The notes below the pieces were generated by a model. It was given only the letters and a program-made list of their open reading frames with translations, did no database searches and was not told where the DNA came from. From the NCBI GenBank assembly GCA_023659865.1, contig JAGXON010000001.1, positions 45,968 to 109,967 of the forward strand: a DNA stretch of 64,000 bases, given 5' to 3'. The stretch comes from Candidatus Diapherotrites archaeon LH_S9 (lineage in GTDB: Archaea; B1Sed10-29; WALL01; JAGXON01). The position numbers and the translations under genes were made by a program. Positions 36,691 through 45,981 of the stretch are shown here, piece by piece (within the stretch, counting starts at the first letter, position 1; every line of letters starts with the position of its first letter).

Positions 36691-37737
36691 ATGAACGAAA
36701 AAGTAAAAGCAATAGCCTCAACTTTCATCGTAGGCGCAGTCATACTCTCCTTAATCCTTTGGATACTAGGACCTCAAGAGATAGCAGCAAAGCTGATGAA
36801 AGGAGACGGTTTATTAATCCTCTTAGCTCTCTTCGTTCAACTAGTAAGCCTCTCAATCCTTTTCACTAGATGGAACTACCTTGTAAACGCAGCCGGAGTG
36901 AAAACCACCTGGAAAAACGTTAGCAAAATAGGTTTAGCGGGTCAAGCTTTGAATGCAGTGACCCCGAGCACCAGACTTGGAGGAGAACCACTGAAAGCGT
37001 ATCTGCTGAAAAAAAGAACTGATTCACGCCTCGGAGTCGCGATGGCAACTCTAGTGATGGAAAAAATAGTGGACCAAGCAGCTTTTCTTTTCATTGCCCT
37101 AGGTTCAGTAACTTTTGCAGTACTATTCCTCGATCTCTCAGGTTACATAATTCTTTTACTGATCATTGCAACCCTCTTCTCTTTCGCGATACTTACTGGT
37201 CTGATCTACGTGTGTTTCGGTAGAAGGATAAAGTCGAAGACCATTGTCGACCTTCTTGAAAGACATGATTGGATAACAAACAAAATTCCTTTTGTTGGCC
37301 ATTACAAAAATAAGATGACTGATTCTTTGCTTAACTACTATTCTCATATAGCAAAGATAGGTTCAAATCCAAGAGTATGGTCCGTTGGAATATTATTATC
37401 CTTAATGTACTGGGGAGCAGAAATAACTAGGGCATGGGTTCTTTTCAGAGCCTTTGGAGCAGAAGTAGCTTTTGCAGTGATTGCAACTGCTTACATTCTT
37501 TCTGCGATAATAGGTTCGTTCCCACTGCTACCAGGAGATCTTGGCATAGTTGAGAGCGCAATGATACTTATTTATTCCTCGGCTCACATAAACTCTGTAA
37601 CCGGCGGGTTAGTCACTTTAATTGACCGACTGTTCTCTTACTGGTTCGTAATACTGGTTGGAGTACCGCTCGCTTGGTACTTAGGATTTATGAATTACGC
37701 AGGTGATTTCGATTCCGAAGAAAATGGGACAGATTAG
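36691..37737 (+). CDS. Flippase-like membrane protein (UPF0104/LPG-synthase TM-domain family)
   Basis: Eight TM segments and the conserved GGEPLKAYLL motif. Confidence 0.55.
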   Translation: MNEKVKAIASTFIVGAVILSLILWILGPQEIAAKLMKGDGLLILLALFVQLVSLSILFTRWNYLVNAAGVKTTWKNVSKIGLAGQALNAVTPSTRLGGEPLKAYLLKKRTDSRLGVAMATLVMEKIVDQAAFLFIALGSVTFAVLFLDLSGYIILLLIIATLFSFAILTGLIYVCFGRRIKSKTIVDLLERHDWITNKIPFVGHYKNKMTDSLLNYYSHIAKIGSNPRVWSVGILLSLMYWGAEITRAWVLFRAFGAEVAFAVIATAYILSAIIGSFPLLPGDLGIVESAMILIYSSAHINSVTGGLVTLIDRLFSYWFVILVGVPLAWYLGFMNYAGDFDSEENGTD

Positions 37738-38095
37738 AGACTTGAAAAAAGGAAGTTACATTTTGATAGATAACGCTCCATGCAAAGTGAAAAAGATACA
37801 GAAAAGTAAACCGGGAAAACACGGTTCCACAAAAGCAAGAATAAGCGCAGTAGGTATATTCGACGACCAAAAAAGAAACATAGTTGACTCAGTTAACTCC
37901 AAATGCGAGATACCGGTCGTGGAAAGAAAAACCGGGCAATTAGTTGCAGACATAGGAAACAAACTCCAAATCATGGACATGGAAGACTACAACACGTTCG
38001 AAGTAGACAAACCAGACTTTGACGTGAACCAAGGAGAGAAAGTAGAATACCTTGAATCACTAGGACAAAAAAAACTCATCCGGAAAAAGTCATGA
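37724..38095 (+). CDS. eif5a: Translation initiation factor 5A (aIF5A)
   Basis: The hypusine-loop region (KSKPGKHGSTKARI) and the OB domain are present. I placed the start at the internal Met. Confidence 0.85.
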   Translation: MGQIRDLKKGSYILIDNAPCKVKKIQKSKPGKHGSTKARISAVGIFDDQKRNIVDSVNSKCEIPVVERKTGQLVADIGNKLQIMDMEDYNTFEVDKPDFDVNQGEKVEYLESLGQKKLIRKKS

Positions 38096-38868
38096 AAACA
38101 AGACAGAACTGCTTGATCTGGCAAAACATCATAGAACCGGAAGAAGCAGAACTTTTCTTGCTCGGCATACCTTTTGACTCCACAGTCACTGGCACGCCAG
38201 GAACAAGAAAAGCACCAACCGCAATCCGGCACCAAGTAAACGACTTAAGTTCTTTCGACCCAGATAACGGTTCTTTCCAGGAAGTCAAACTCTTCGACGC
38301 CGGAAACGTGGAAACGATTCCAGGCAACCCAAAAAAGACCTGGAAAAACATTGAAGAAACCGTTAAAGAACTTGTTGAAATCAATCCAGAAGCTAAATTC
38401 TTGTTTCTCGGAGGAGAGCACTCAATAACTTTTCCGATAGCCAGAGCACTGAATGAAGAAAAAAGTTTTGACTACCTTTGTTTTGACGGGCACTGGGATC
38501 TCCTGAACAACTGGAAAGGAGTGAAGGAATCTCACGCTGCCGTTAACCAGAGAGTTTCAGAGCTTTTAGGAAAAGAAAAAATGGAAGTCAAAGGAGTTGT
38601 GGACGGAAGCAAAGAAGAATGGAGGAAAAGCCAGGAGCTCGGGAAAGCAAAAGACCCTGTTTACTTGTCCGTGGACGTGGACGTTCTCAAGAACGTTCCT
38701 TGCAGCACTCCAGTCGCAGCGGAACTGGAACTTCCAGAACTATGGAATGAAATAAAAAATAGAGAGTTAGTTGCTGCTGACGTCTGCGAGTACAACCCCT
38801 TAGCCGGAAAAAGCGCTCTGCCAGCAGACCTCGTCAAAAAACTTATTCTAAAGCTTGGGAAAAATTGA
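38092..38868 (+). CDS. speB: Arginase-family protein, likely agmatinase
   Basis: Mn-binding motifs (GGEHSIT, DGHWD, SVDVDVL) are present. The gene is coupled to aIF5A, as in many archaea. Confidence 0.7.
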   Translation: MKTRQNCLIWQNIIEPEEAELFLLGIPFDSTVTGTPGTRKAPTAIRHQVNDLSSFDPDNGSFQEVKLFDAGNVETIPGNPKKTWKNIEETVKELVEINPEAKFLFLGGEHSITFPIARALNEEKSFDYLCFDGHWDLLNNWKGVKESHAAVNQRVSELLGKEKMEVKGVVDGSKEEWRKSQELGKAKDPVYLSVDVDVLKNVPCSTPVAAELELPELWNEIKNRELVAADVCEYNPLAGKSALPADLVKKLILKLGKN

Positions 38869-38961
38869 GGTCCTTTCGACCACTTTTCTCCAGCTACAAT
38901 ACCAAAAAAAAAGCGCGACCTCTCCCTTTCTAGTGCTTTCAGGTGTTTTCTAGCTAATTTA

Positions 38962-39279
38962 TCAGTGTATTCTGGCGCCTGGCTCTATATCACACTCGAC
39001 CAGCTTAATCGTTCCGTCTTTCTCTCCGGCCAGTACCATGCCCTCTGATTTCATGCCGTACATTTCTTTTGGCTCAAGGTTCGCGAGGTAAGCGACTGTT
39101 TTTCCTTTAAGATCTTCTTTGTCTAGGTATGGCTTGAGTCCAGCGGCTACTGTTCGTTTCCCTAAGGAGCCTACGTCCAAACTTATCTTGAACAGTTTGT
39201 CTGCTCCTTCAACTTCTTCAACGTTCTTTACTTTAGCGGCTCTTAAATCAAGTTTTTGGAAGTCCTGAAATTCAATCAT
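38962..39279 (-). CDS. Stand-alone tRNA-binding domain protein (Trbp111/EMAP-like, the C-terminal domain of MetRS encoded separately)
   Basis: LDLRAAKVKNVEE...PKEMYGMKSEGMVLAG matches the OB-fold tRNA-binding domain. The start overlaps the metG stop with ATGA. Confidence 0.65.
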   Translation of the reverse strand: MIEFQDFQKLDLRAAKVKNVEEVEGADKLFKISLDVGSLGKRTVAAGLKPYLDKEDLKGKTVAYLANLEPKEMYGMKSEGMVLAGEKDGTIKLVECDIEPGARIH

Positions 39280-40814
39280 ATTTGACTCCTCTTTTCCTCT
39301 TCTTTTGTTTGAACATCTCTTTTTTTGAACAAAGGCTCTGGTTCACCGATCTCGTGATCTGATAACTCGAAGTCTTTTGCATCCTCCCATTCTTTGGATC
39401 TGATGCTCTCATCTATTCCTAGCTGCTCCCAGATTTTTTCAGCGCAGTCAGGCAGGAACGGGAACAAAATTATTGAAATATTTTTGCATAAGTTACCACA
39501 AACATTTAAAACGTTCGGAGCTCTTCCCTCGTTATTCCACGGCTCGTTAGCGTTCAAGTACTGGTTTCCTTTCTTGCTTAAGGCCATAACTTTTTCGAGA
39601 GCCGTGTTAAGGCTTAGTTCTTCAAGGTCTTTTCCTGCTTCGTCAACAGTTCTCCTGGTTTCTTCCACCAGTTCTTCATCCGATTCAGTGAATTCCTCTC
39701 TCTCAGGAATGCCTCCATCAAAGTTGCTGTTGAGGAACGAGAGCGTTCGGTGAACGAAGTTACCTAAGTTGTCTGCAAGCTCGTTGTTCAATTTTTTGAC
39801 CAGCAGTTCCTCGGAAAAATCGCTGTCCTCGCCAATAGATCCTCCGCTAAGCAAAGAGTACCTCAATGCATCGGTTCCGTAAGCTTCAACGAGTTCAAAC
39901 GGGTCAAGGACGTTTCCCTTGGACTTGCTCATTTTTTCTCCGCCCAGGTTCAGGAAACCGTGCGCACAAACAGTTTCAGGCAAGTCAACTCCAAGAGACA
40001 TCAGCATGGCAGGCCAGATAACAGCATGGAACCAAGTGATATCTTTTCCTATCATATGAACGTTTGCAGGCCAGTATTTATTGAATTTATCGCCTTCTGG
40101 GTATCCTAGAGCCGTGATGTAATTTGATAGGGCGTCTACCCAGACGTAAGTTGTGTAATCATCGTCTATCGGGAAAGGAACTCCCCATTCGAAAGCTGAT
40201 CGTGTTATGCAGAGGTCTCTTAAGCCGTCCTCGATTCTGTTCAAGAGTTCTTTCTTTCTGCTTTCAGGGAAAACGAAATCAGGTTTCTGATCGTAAAGTT
40301 CTAAGAGGTCTTCCTCGTATTTCGAGAGTCTGAAGAAGTATCCTTCTTCCTTCTTTTTTTCTACTTCTCTGTTGCATTCCGGGCACTTCCCTTCATCTAA
40401 TTGTTTGTCCGTCCAGTAGCTTTCGCATGGAACGCAGTACCATCCCTCGTACTCTCCTTTGTATATGTCCCCTTTCTCGTGCATGGCTTTAACTATTTTC
40501 TTGTTAGCTTCTTCGTGGCGTGAATGAGTTGTTCGGATGAAGTCATCGTTCTCCACGCTTAAAATCGTGCATAAGTTCCTGAAGCGTTCTGAAATATCGT
40601 CAACGAATTTCTGAGGGTCCTCTCCTTTTTTCTTAGCTGCCTTGAAAACTTTTTCCCCGTGCTCATCCGTTCCAGTCAAAAAGAAAACGTCTTTGCCTCT
40701 AGCCTTCTGGAATCTGGCGATTACGTCTGTGAGTACCTTTTCGTAAGCGTGACCGATGTGTGGCTTATCGTTCGCGTAATCTATGGCGGTGGTAATGTAA
40801 AAAGTATCTTTCAA
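39276..40814 (-). CDS. metG: Methionyl-tRNA synthetase catalytic core
   Basis: HIGH (PHIGHAYE), a Zn knuckle (CVPCESY...CPECN) and KMSKS are present. The protein is 512 aa and lacks the C-terminal tRNA-binding domain. Confidence 0.85.
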   Translation of the reverse strand: MKDTFYITTAIDYANDKPHIGHAYEKVLTDVIARFQKARGKDVFFLTGTDEHGEKVFKAAKKKGEDPQKFVDDISERFRNLCTILSVENDDFIRTTHSRHEEANKKIVKAMHEKGDIYKGEYEGWYCVPCESYWTDKQLDEGKCPECNREVEKKKEEGYFFRLSKYEEDLLELYDQKPDFVFPESRKKELLNRIEDGLRDLCITRSAFEWGVPFPIDDDYTTYVWVDALSNYITALGYPEGDKFNKYWPANVHMIGKDITWFHAVIWPAMLMSLGVDLPETVCAHGFLNLGGEKMSKSKGNVLDPFELVEAYGTDALRYSLLSGGSIGEDSDFSEELLVKKLNNELADNLGNFVHRTLSFLNSNFDGGIPEREEFTESDEELVEETRRTVDEAGKDLEELSLNTALEKVMALSKKGNQYLNANEPWNNEGRAPNVLNVCGNLCKNISIILFPFLPDCAEKIWEQLGIDESIRSKEWEDAKDFELSDHEIGEPEPLFKKRDVQTKEEEKRSQI

Positions 40815-40981
40815 CCTCTTTTCACCTTTTTCGACAGAGAAACCCTTAATCTAGATTTATTTAATGCAGGAACCCATTTTAAATACTTTGGAAAAATACA
40901 TCCATCAAAACCTATAATCTAAGGGGTTTGGAAATCCGACCACCAACTCATAAATAATCGTTTTTTCATAAACTTCTATCC

Positions 40982-43039
40982 ATGGAACTAGAAGAATTCT
41001 TCAGAGACGAGTACCAAGAAGAGCTCGAAAAAATCGGTGAAGAGTACCCTGACAAGAAAAGCATTCAAATGGACTTCAGCGACCTCGAGTCCTACGATTA
41101 CAACACTGCAGACGAACTGATAGAAAAACCAGACAAAATGCTGAGAAGAGCAGAAGAAGAACTCGAGGCAATCGGAATACACGACCAAGAAAACAACGAG
41201 ATAGTTCCAAACATCAGATTCTTCAACCTCCCGGAAGAACGCACCTTCTTAATCCGAGATATCAACAGCGACCACCTGAACCAGTTAATCGCCACCGAAG
41301 GCGTTATCACCAAGATAACAGACGTGAGACCAAAAGTAAACGAAGGCGTGTTCGAATGTCGCAGATGCGGAAGAACACAGACCATTGAACAAGACCAGCA
41401 CTCGTTCGGGAAACTAAAAGAACCAGCAAAGTGCGCCTGTAAACGCAAGGACTTCAAACTCAAAGAAAACGAAAGCAAATTCATAGACATGCAAAAAATG
41501 GAAATACAGGAACCATTAGAAGCACTGGTTAAAGGAGAGCAAGCAAAAACCATCGACGTATGGCTCGAAGACGACTTAACCAACAAGCTCTACCCTGGAG
41601 ACAAAGTGATAGTTACTGGAGTCGTAAAACTCAGATCACCTTCAAAAAAGAGTTCAGCCGTTTACGACATCTACCTGGACTCGATCCACATTCAACAAGT
41701 CGAAAAAGAATTCGAAGAAATAGAAATCACTCAAGAAGAAGAAAAAGAAATAGAAGAACTAGCAAAAGACCCTGAAATATATCAAAAGATAATCAACTCA
41801 ATTGCTCCAACAATCTACGGCCACAGAGAAATCAAAGAAGCAATAGCGCTCCAGTTGTTCGGTGGAACAAAAAATAAGGTGTTCCCCGACCAATCAAACA
41901 TACGGCCAGACGTTCACGTGCTTTTAATCGGTGATCCAGGAACAGCTAAATCCATGATCCTCGAGTACCTGAACCAGCTAGCGCCAAAAGGGATCTTTGT
42001 TTCAGGAAAATCCGCTACTGGAGCCGGACTAACTGCATCAGCAGAAAAAGACGAGTTCGGAGAAGGAGGATGGACCCTCAAAGCTGGAGCCCTGGTACTG
42101 GCGAGCGGTGGACACGCAGCAATCGACGAATTCGATAAAATGACTACAGACGACAGGTCAAGCATGCACGAAGCCATGGAACAACAGACCATCAGCGTTG
42201 CAAAAGCAGGAATAGTCACAACCTTCAAAGCTAAGACCGCCGTCCTGGCCGCAGCCAACCCTAAGTACGGTCGTTTCGATCCTCATGAACCTCCTGCAAA
42301 ACAATTCGACATCCCTCCAACACTGCTTTCAAGATTCGACCTGATATTCCCGATAAAAGACGTTATGGACGAAGAAAGAGATCGAGAGATGGCGGACCAC
42401 ATCCTTAATTCTCATCAAGCAGCAGGCATCAAGACCGACAGCCCTGAAGTACTTTCAGAAGACGAGCTTGACAAAGCCATACAAGAGATCGAGCCAGTGC
42501 TCGACATAGACCTGCTCAGGAAATACATATCTTACACTAGAAAGCACTGCCACCCTGTTCTGACGAAAGATGCAATAAGAAAAATTAAAGAATACTACAC
42601 TGACCTGCGGATGACCGGAGAACAATCAGGAGCAGTACCAATAACTCCAAGACAGCTGGAAGCTCTCGTTCGACTAGCAGAAGCTTCAGCAAAAGGAAGA
42701 CTAAGTGAAGAAGTCCAGCTAGAGGACGCGAGAAGAGCTATAAAGCTGCATAAGTTCGTGATGAGAGAAATTGGCGTGGATCAAGAGACAGGCAGGATGG
42801 ACATAGACATAATCGCAACAGGAAAACCAAAATCCAAGATAGACAAAGTTAAAACGCTTTACGCGGCAATAAAAGATCTTTCACAAGAATACGATAAAGT
42901 AACTCACGACCAGATAGTGGACGAGGCAGAAGAACTTGGAATAGAGCCCGAAAAAGTCAATGACTTGCTCTCAATCCTCAAGAAAAAAGGAGACATATAC
43001 TCCCCTAAGCACGGAGAATACAAGATAGCAGGACAATAA
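40982..43039 (+). CDS. mcm: MCM replicative helicase
   Basis: Zn finger CRRCG...CAC, Walker A GDPGTAKS, Walker B IDEFDKM and the SRFDL arginine finger are present. Length is 685 aa. Confidence 0.9.
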   Translation: MELEEFFRDEYQEELEKIGEEYPDKKSIQMDFSDLESYDYNTADELIEKPDKMLRRAEEELEAIGIHDQENNEIVPNIRFFNLPEERTFLIRDINSDHLNQLIATEGVITKITDVRPKVNEGVFECRRCGRTQTIEQDQHSFGKLKEPAKCACKRKDFKLKENESKFIDMQKMEIQEPLEALVKGEQAKTIDVWLEDDLTNKLYPGDKVIVTGVVKLRSPSKKSSAVYDIYLDSIHIQQVEKEFEEIEITQEEEKEIEELAKDPEIYQKIINSIAPTIYGHREIKEAIALQLFGGTKNKVFPDQSNIRPDVHVLLIGDPGTAKSMILEYLNQLAPKGIFVSGKSATGAGLTASAEKDEFGEGGWTLKAGALVLASGGHAAIDEFDKMTTDDRSSMHEAMEQQTISVAKAGIVTTFKAKTAVLAAANPKYGRFDPHEPPAKQFDIPPTLLSRFDLIFPIKDVMDEERDREMADHILNSHQAAGIKTDSPEVLSEDELDKAIQEIEPVLDIDLLRKYISYTRKHCHPVLTKDAIRKIKEYYTDLRMTGEQSGAVPITPRQLEALVRLAEASAKGRLSEEVQLEDARRAIKLHKFVMREIGVDQETGRMDIDIIATGKPKSKIDKVKTLYAAIKDLSQEYDKVTHDQIVDEAEELGIEPEKVNDLLSILKKKGDIYSPKHGEYKIAGQ

Positions 43040-43043
43040 AAAA

Positions 43044-43838
43044 ATGAAGCTAGCACCAAAACTAATCTCAATATTTCTAGCGATCCAGTTAGCCGGGATC
43101 TACCTAGGTTCAAAACTCATTCAAGTACCTGAACTAGAGCCAGAAACAAGCGCTGCAGCAGGACCCCTCATATTCATCTACCTTCTCGTGGTCACAGCAA
43201 TAGTTCTACTGATAATAAAATACTTCTCAGGATTCATGAAAGGCTTCGAATTAATAGCCGTTTTCTTCGGATCAGAAATCTTCTTCGAAACACTCTTCAT
43301 GGGCTTCATCAAACAAAGCCAGGCATTCATGATAGCGCTCGTGCTCGCAGCCGCACTCACCGGAATAAGGCACAAGAAAAGAAACCTATGGACTCAAAAC
43401 ACAGCAATAACACTATCAGCAATAGGAATAGGATCACAACTAGGAGCATCACTAGGAATATGGCCAATACTAATACTCATATCGCTGTTAGCCGTTTATG
43501 ACGTTGTAGCAGTTTTCAAAACAAAACACATGGTGACAATGGCTAAAGAAATAATCAAGCAAAAACTAGCGTTCACGCTCGCCATCCCCACACAAGACAG
43601 AGTGTTCCAGATAGGTGGCGGAGACCTGATAATGCCGATAATTCTCGAAGTGAGCATACTGCGATACGGAGGCATAGTCCCCGCAATAGCTGCAATGATA
43701 GGAGGACTTATTGGCGTGACCGGTCTAGTAATCTATCTGAACAAAAAACCAGGCAGGCCGATGCCTGCGCTTCCGCCGATAGTGCTTGGATTGCTTACTG
43801 GTTTTGCTTTATACTTAGGAACTCAATTAATAGGGTGA
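43044..43838 (+). CDS. Presenilin/signal-peptide-peptidase-family intramembrane aspartyl protease homolog
   Basis: The YD motif (LLAVYDVVAVF), GxGD (IGGGDLIMP) and PAL (MPALPP) lie in a multi-TM protein. Confidence 0.7.
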   Translation: MKLAPKLISIFLAIQLAGIYLGSKLIQVPELEPETSAAAGPLIFIYLLVVTAIVLLIIKYFSGFMKGFELIAVFFGSEIFFETLFMGFIKQSQAFMIALVLAAALTGIRHKKRNLWTQNTAITLSAIGIGSQLGASLGIWPILILISLLAVYDVVAVFKTKHMVTMAKEIIKQKLAFTLAIPTQDRVFQIGGGDLIMPIILEVSILRYGGIVPAIAAMIGGLIGVTGLVIYLNKKPGRPMPALPPIVLGLLTGFALYLGTQLIG

Positions 43839-43842
43839 TCGC

Positions 43843-44301
43843 ATGAAAAGAAGTCCAGCAAAAAGAATTTGGATAAAAAACCTGAGAGAAGGAAAGTACT
43901 CCCCGTCTTCAGGAGGTTACAACCCGAACAAACTCATCTACGATGGAGAAGAATTCATCAGAGTCAGAGTACTAGGAACCGTGGTAGACACATACGATTC
44001 AGACAAGTTCTCAGCCATCACAGTAAAAGACGAGACAGGAGAAATTAGTGTAAGGTTCTTCCAGGACGATACGGAATGGACTGAAAACATCACTGAAGGA
44101 GATTTAGTGAGAGCAATAGGAAAAGTCAGAGAAAGAGAGGATGAGATAGTGCTGAACGGAGAGATCGTCAGAAAACTAGAAAACCCGGCCTGGATAGAGC
44201 TACATCAAAAACAATTAAAAGACATGGAAACAAAAGAAAACAACACAGAAACCAAGGAAACCAAAGAAAGTAATACTGAAATAGAAGAAACGGAGATTTG
44301 A
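43843..44301 (+). CDS. OB-fold nucleic-acid-binding protein (RPA/SSB-like)
   Basis: VRVLGTVVDTYDSDKFSAITVKDETGEISVRFF is an OB-fold pattern. The C-terminal tail is acidic. Confidence 0.4.
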   Translation: MKRSPAKRIWIKNLREGKYSPSSGGYNPNKLIYDGEEFIRVRVLGTVVDTYDSDKFSAITVKDETGEISVRFFQDDTEWTENITEGDLVRAIGKVREREDEIVLNGEIVRKLENPAWIELHQKQLKDMETKENNTETKETKESNTEIEETEI

Positions 44302-44302
44302 A

Positions 44303-44713
44303 ATGGAAGACTACGAAAAAATGCTGAAAAAAGTCCAGAAAGACGTACCGGACGAAGTAAGCAAATCAACACGGTTCAAGATGCCAAAATTTGATTCACA
44401 CATCCAAGGAAAAAAAACATTCATCAAGAACTTCAAAAACGTTGCAGACAAACTAAGAAGAGACCCAGATCACCTGATGAAGTACCTGGCAAAAGAATGC
44501 GGAGTACCAGCAGAAATGAAGAACGGTCGGCTCTTGCTCAAAGGAAAATTCAGGCAAAGAAAACTCAACAAAGAACTAAAGATGTACGTGAACGAATACG
44601 TGCTCTGCAAAGAATGCGGGAAACCAGACACCAAATTCACAACACAGAAAGGCGTAACCTACATGAGATGCGAATCCTGCGGTGGAAGAAGCCCAGTAAA
44701 ACCCATAAAGTGA
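44303..44713 (+). CDS. eif2b: Translation initiation factor 2 beta subunit (aIF2-beta)
   Basis: The conserved core is followed by a C4 zinc ribbon CKECGKPDT...CESCGG. Confidence 0.8.
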   Translation: MEDYEKMLKKVQKDVPDEVSKSTRFKMPKFDSHIQGKKTFIKNFKNVADKLRRDPDHLMKYLAKECGVPAEMKNGRLLLKGKFRQRKLNKELKMYVNEYVLCKECGKPDTKFTTQKGVTYMRCESCGGRSPVKPIK

Positions 44714-44718
44714 TTCAA

Positions 44719-45015
44719 ATGATTTCAAAGATACACGAACAACAGAAAAAAATCGTGTTAGCAGCATGCGACAAAGAACTGCTTGAAAAAACATTTGAAG
44801 ACAAAAAAGCACGAATAGAAATCACAGAAAACTTCTACGGAACAAAAGAAACAACTGAAGAAGAGCTTTCAGAAAATCTGGAGGAAGCAGACATAATCAA
44901 TCTCGTAGGAGAAAAAACAATTGCTATAGCAATCAAAAACGGTCTAGCAGACCCAGATCAAACACTTAAAATAGATGGAATCCCACACGCTCAAATAGTT
45001 AAGATAAAGGAGTAA
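44719..45015 (+). CDS. Conserved hypothetical small protein (about 98 aa)
   Basis: I placed the start at MISKIHEQ. The longer track ORF at 44497 is an out-of-frame overlap with aIF2-beta. Confidence 0.4.
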   Translation: MISKIHEQQKKIVLAACDKELLEKTFEDKKARIEITENFYGTKETTEEELSENLEEADIINLVGEKTIAIAIKNGLADPDQTLKIDGIPHAQIVKIKE

Positions 45016-45019
45016 AAAA

Positions 45020-45322
45020 ATGGCAAAAAAAGACGAAGAAAAAAAGCAAAGAACCAGGATGCCAAGAGGAAAACAAGTAATCGGTAGAGTAGACGACCTT
45101 CTAGGCGCAAAAAGAATGAGAGTAGAATGCTCGGACGGAAGAACACGAATGTGCCGCATCCCAGGAAAAGCACAGAGAAGAATGTGGATAAAAGAAGGAA
45201 ACTACGTTATAGTAGAACCGTGGAAAATACAGGGAGACGAAAAAGGCGACATCACCTGGAAATACAGAAAACATCAAGTACAAGAACTAAGAAGAAAAGG
45301 AATGCTCGACGAAATAGAATGA
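45020..45322 (+). CDS. eif1a: Translation initiation factor 1A (aIF1A)
   Basis: The S1-like OB domain is present (GKQVIGRVDDLLGAKRMRVECSDGRTRMCRIPGK). Confidence 0.85.
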   Translation: MAKKDEEKKQRTRMPRGKQVIGRVDDLLGAKRMRVECSDGRTRMCRIPGKAQRRMWIKEGNYVIVEPWKIQGDEKGDITWKYRKHQVQELRRKGMLDEIE

Positions 45323-45981
45323 AAACAGGAGCACTATTCTCAGGCGGAAAAGACAGCGCTTACGCAATATACTGGGCTCTAAATCAAGCCTGGAACGTAA
45401 ACTGCCTGATAAACATAAAAACAGAAAACCCTCATTCTTTCATGTTCCATCACCCGAACCAAAAGCTGATCGAACTACAGGCAAAAAAAGCAGGAATCCC
45501 GTTAATCCAGCTTGAGACACCAGGAGAAAAAGAAGAAGAGCTCGAAGCACTGGAAAAAGCCGTTAAAAAAGCAAAAAAAGAATTTGACCCAGACGCAGTA
45601 ATCAGCGGAGCAGTCGCGTCCAGCTACCAGAAAAAAAGAGTGGACAACATCTGCCACAAACAAGAAATAAAGTCCTTCGCCCCATTATGGACTAAAAAAC
45701 AAAACACGCTAATGCAATACATCCTAAAAGCTGACTTCGACGTGAGAATCAGCGCAGTAGCAGCAGAAGGCCTGACAAAAGACTGGCTCGGCAAAAAAAT
45801 CACTGAAGAAACAGTCCAAGAACTAAAAGAAATGAAGGGAATGAACATCGCTGGCGAAGGAGGAGAGTGGGAGAGCACCGTACTAAACGCTCCTTTCTTC
45901 AAAGAAAAAATAGTCGTGAAAAAAGCAAGAAAAGAATGGAAAAAAAACAGAGGAAACTGGATAATAGAGGAAGCTAGATAG
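45320..45981 (+). CDS. Diphthine-ammonia ligase-like ATP pyrophosphatase (Dph6/MJ0570 family)
   Basis: LFSGGKDSAY PP-loop is present. I placed the start at MKTGALF. The track ORF extends upstream in frame through aIF1A. Confidence 0.6.

Noticed and set aside
40815-40981. Divergent intergenic region between metG and mcm, checked for origin recognition boxes
   Set aside because: It contains GGTTTGGAAA-like fragments only. There is no convincing ORB dyad and no adjacent orc1/cdc6 gene in the window.
44497-44718. 5' extension of the 172-aa ORF overlapping aIF2-beta in another frame
   Set aside because: The conserved aIF2-beta zinc ribbon occupies this DNA in its own frame. The downstream Met at 44719 gives a non-overlapping start.
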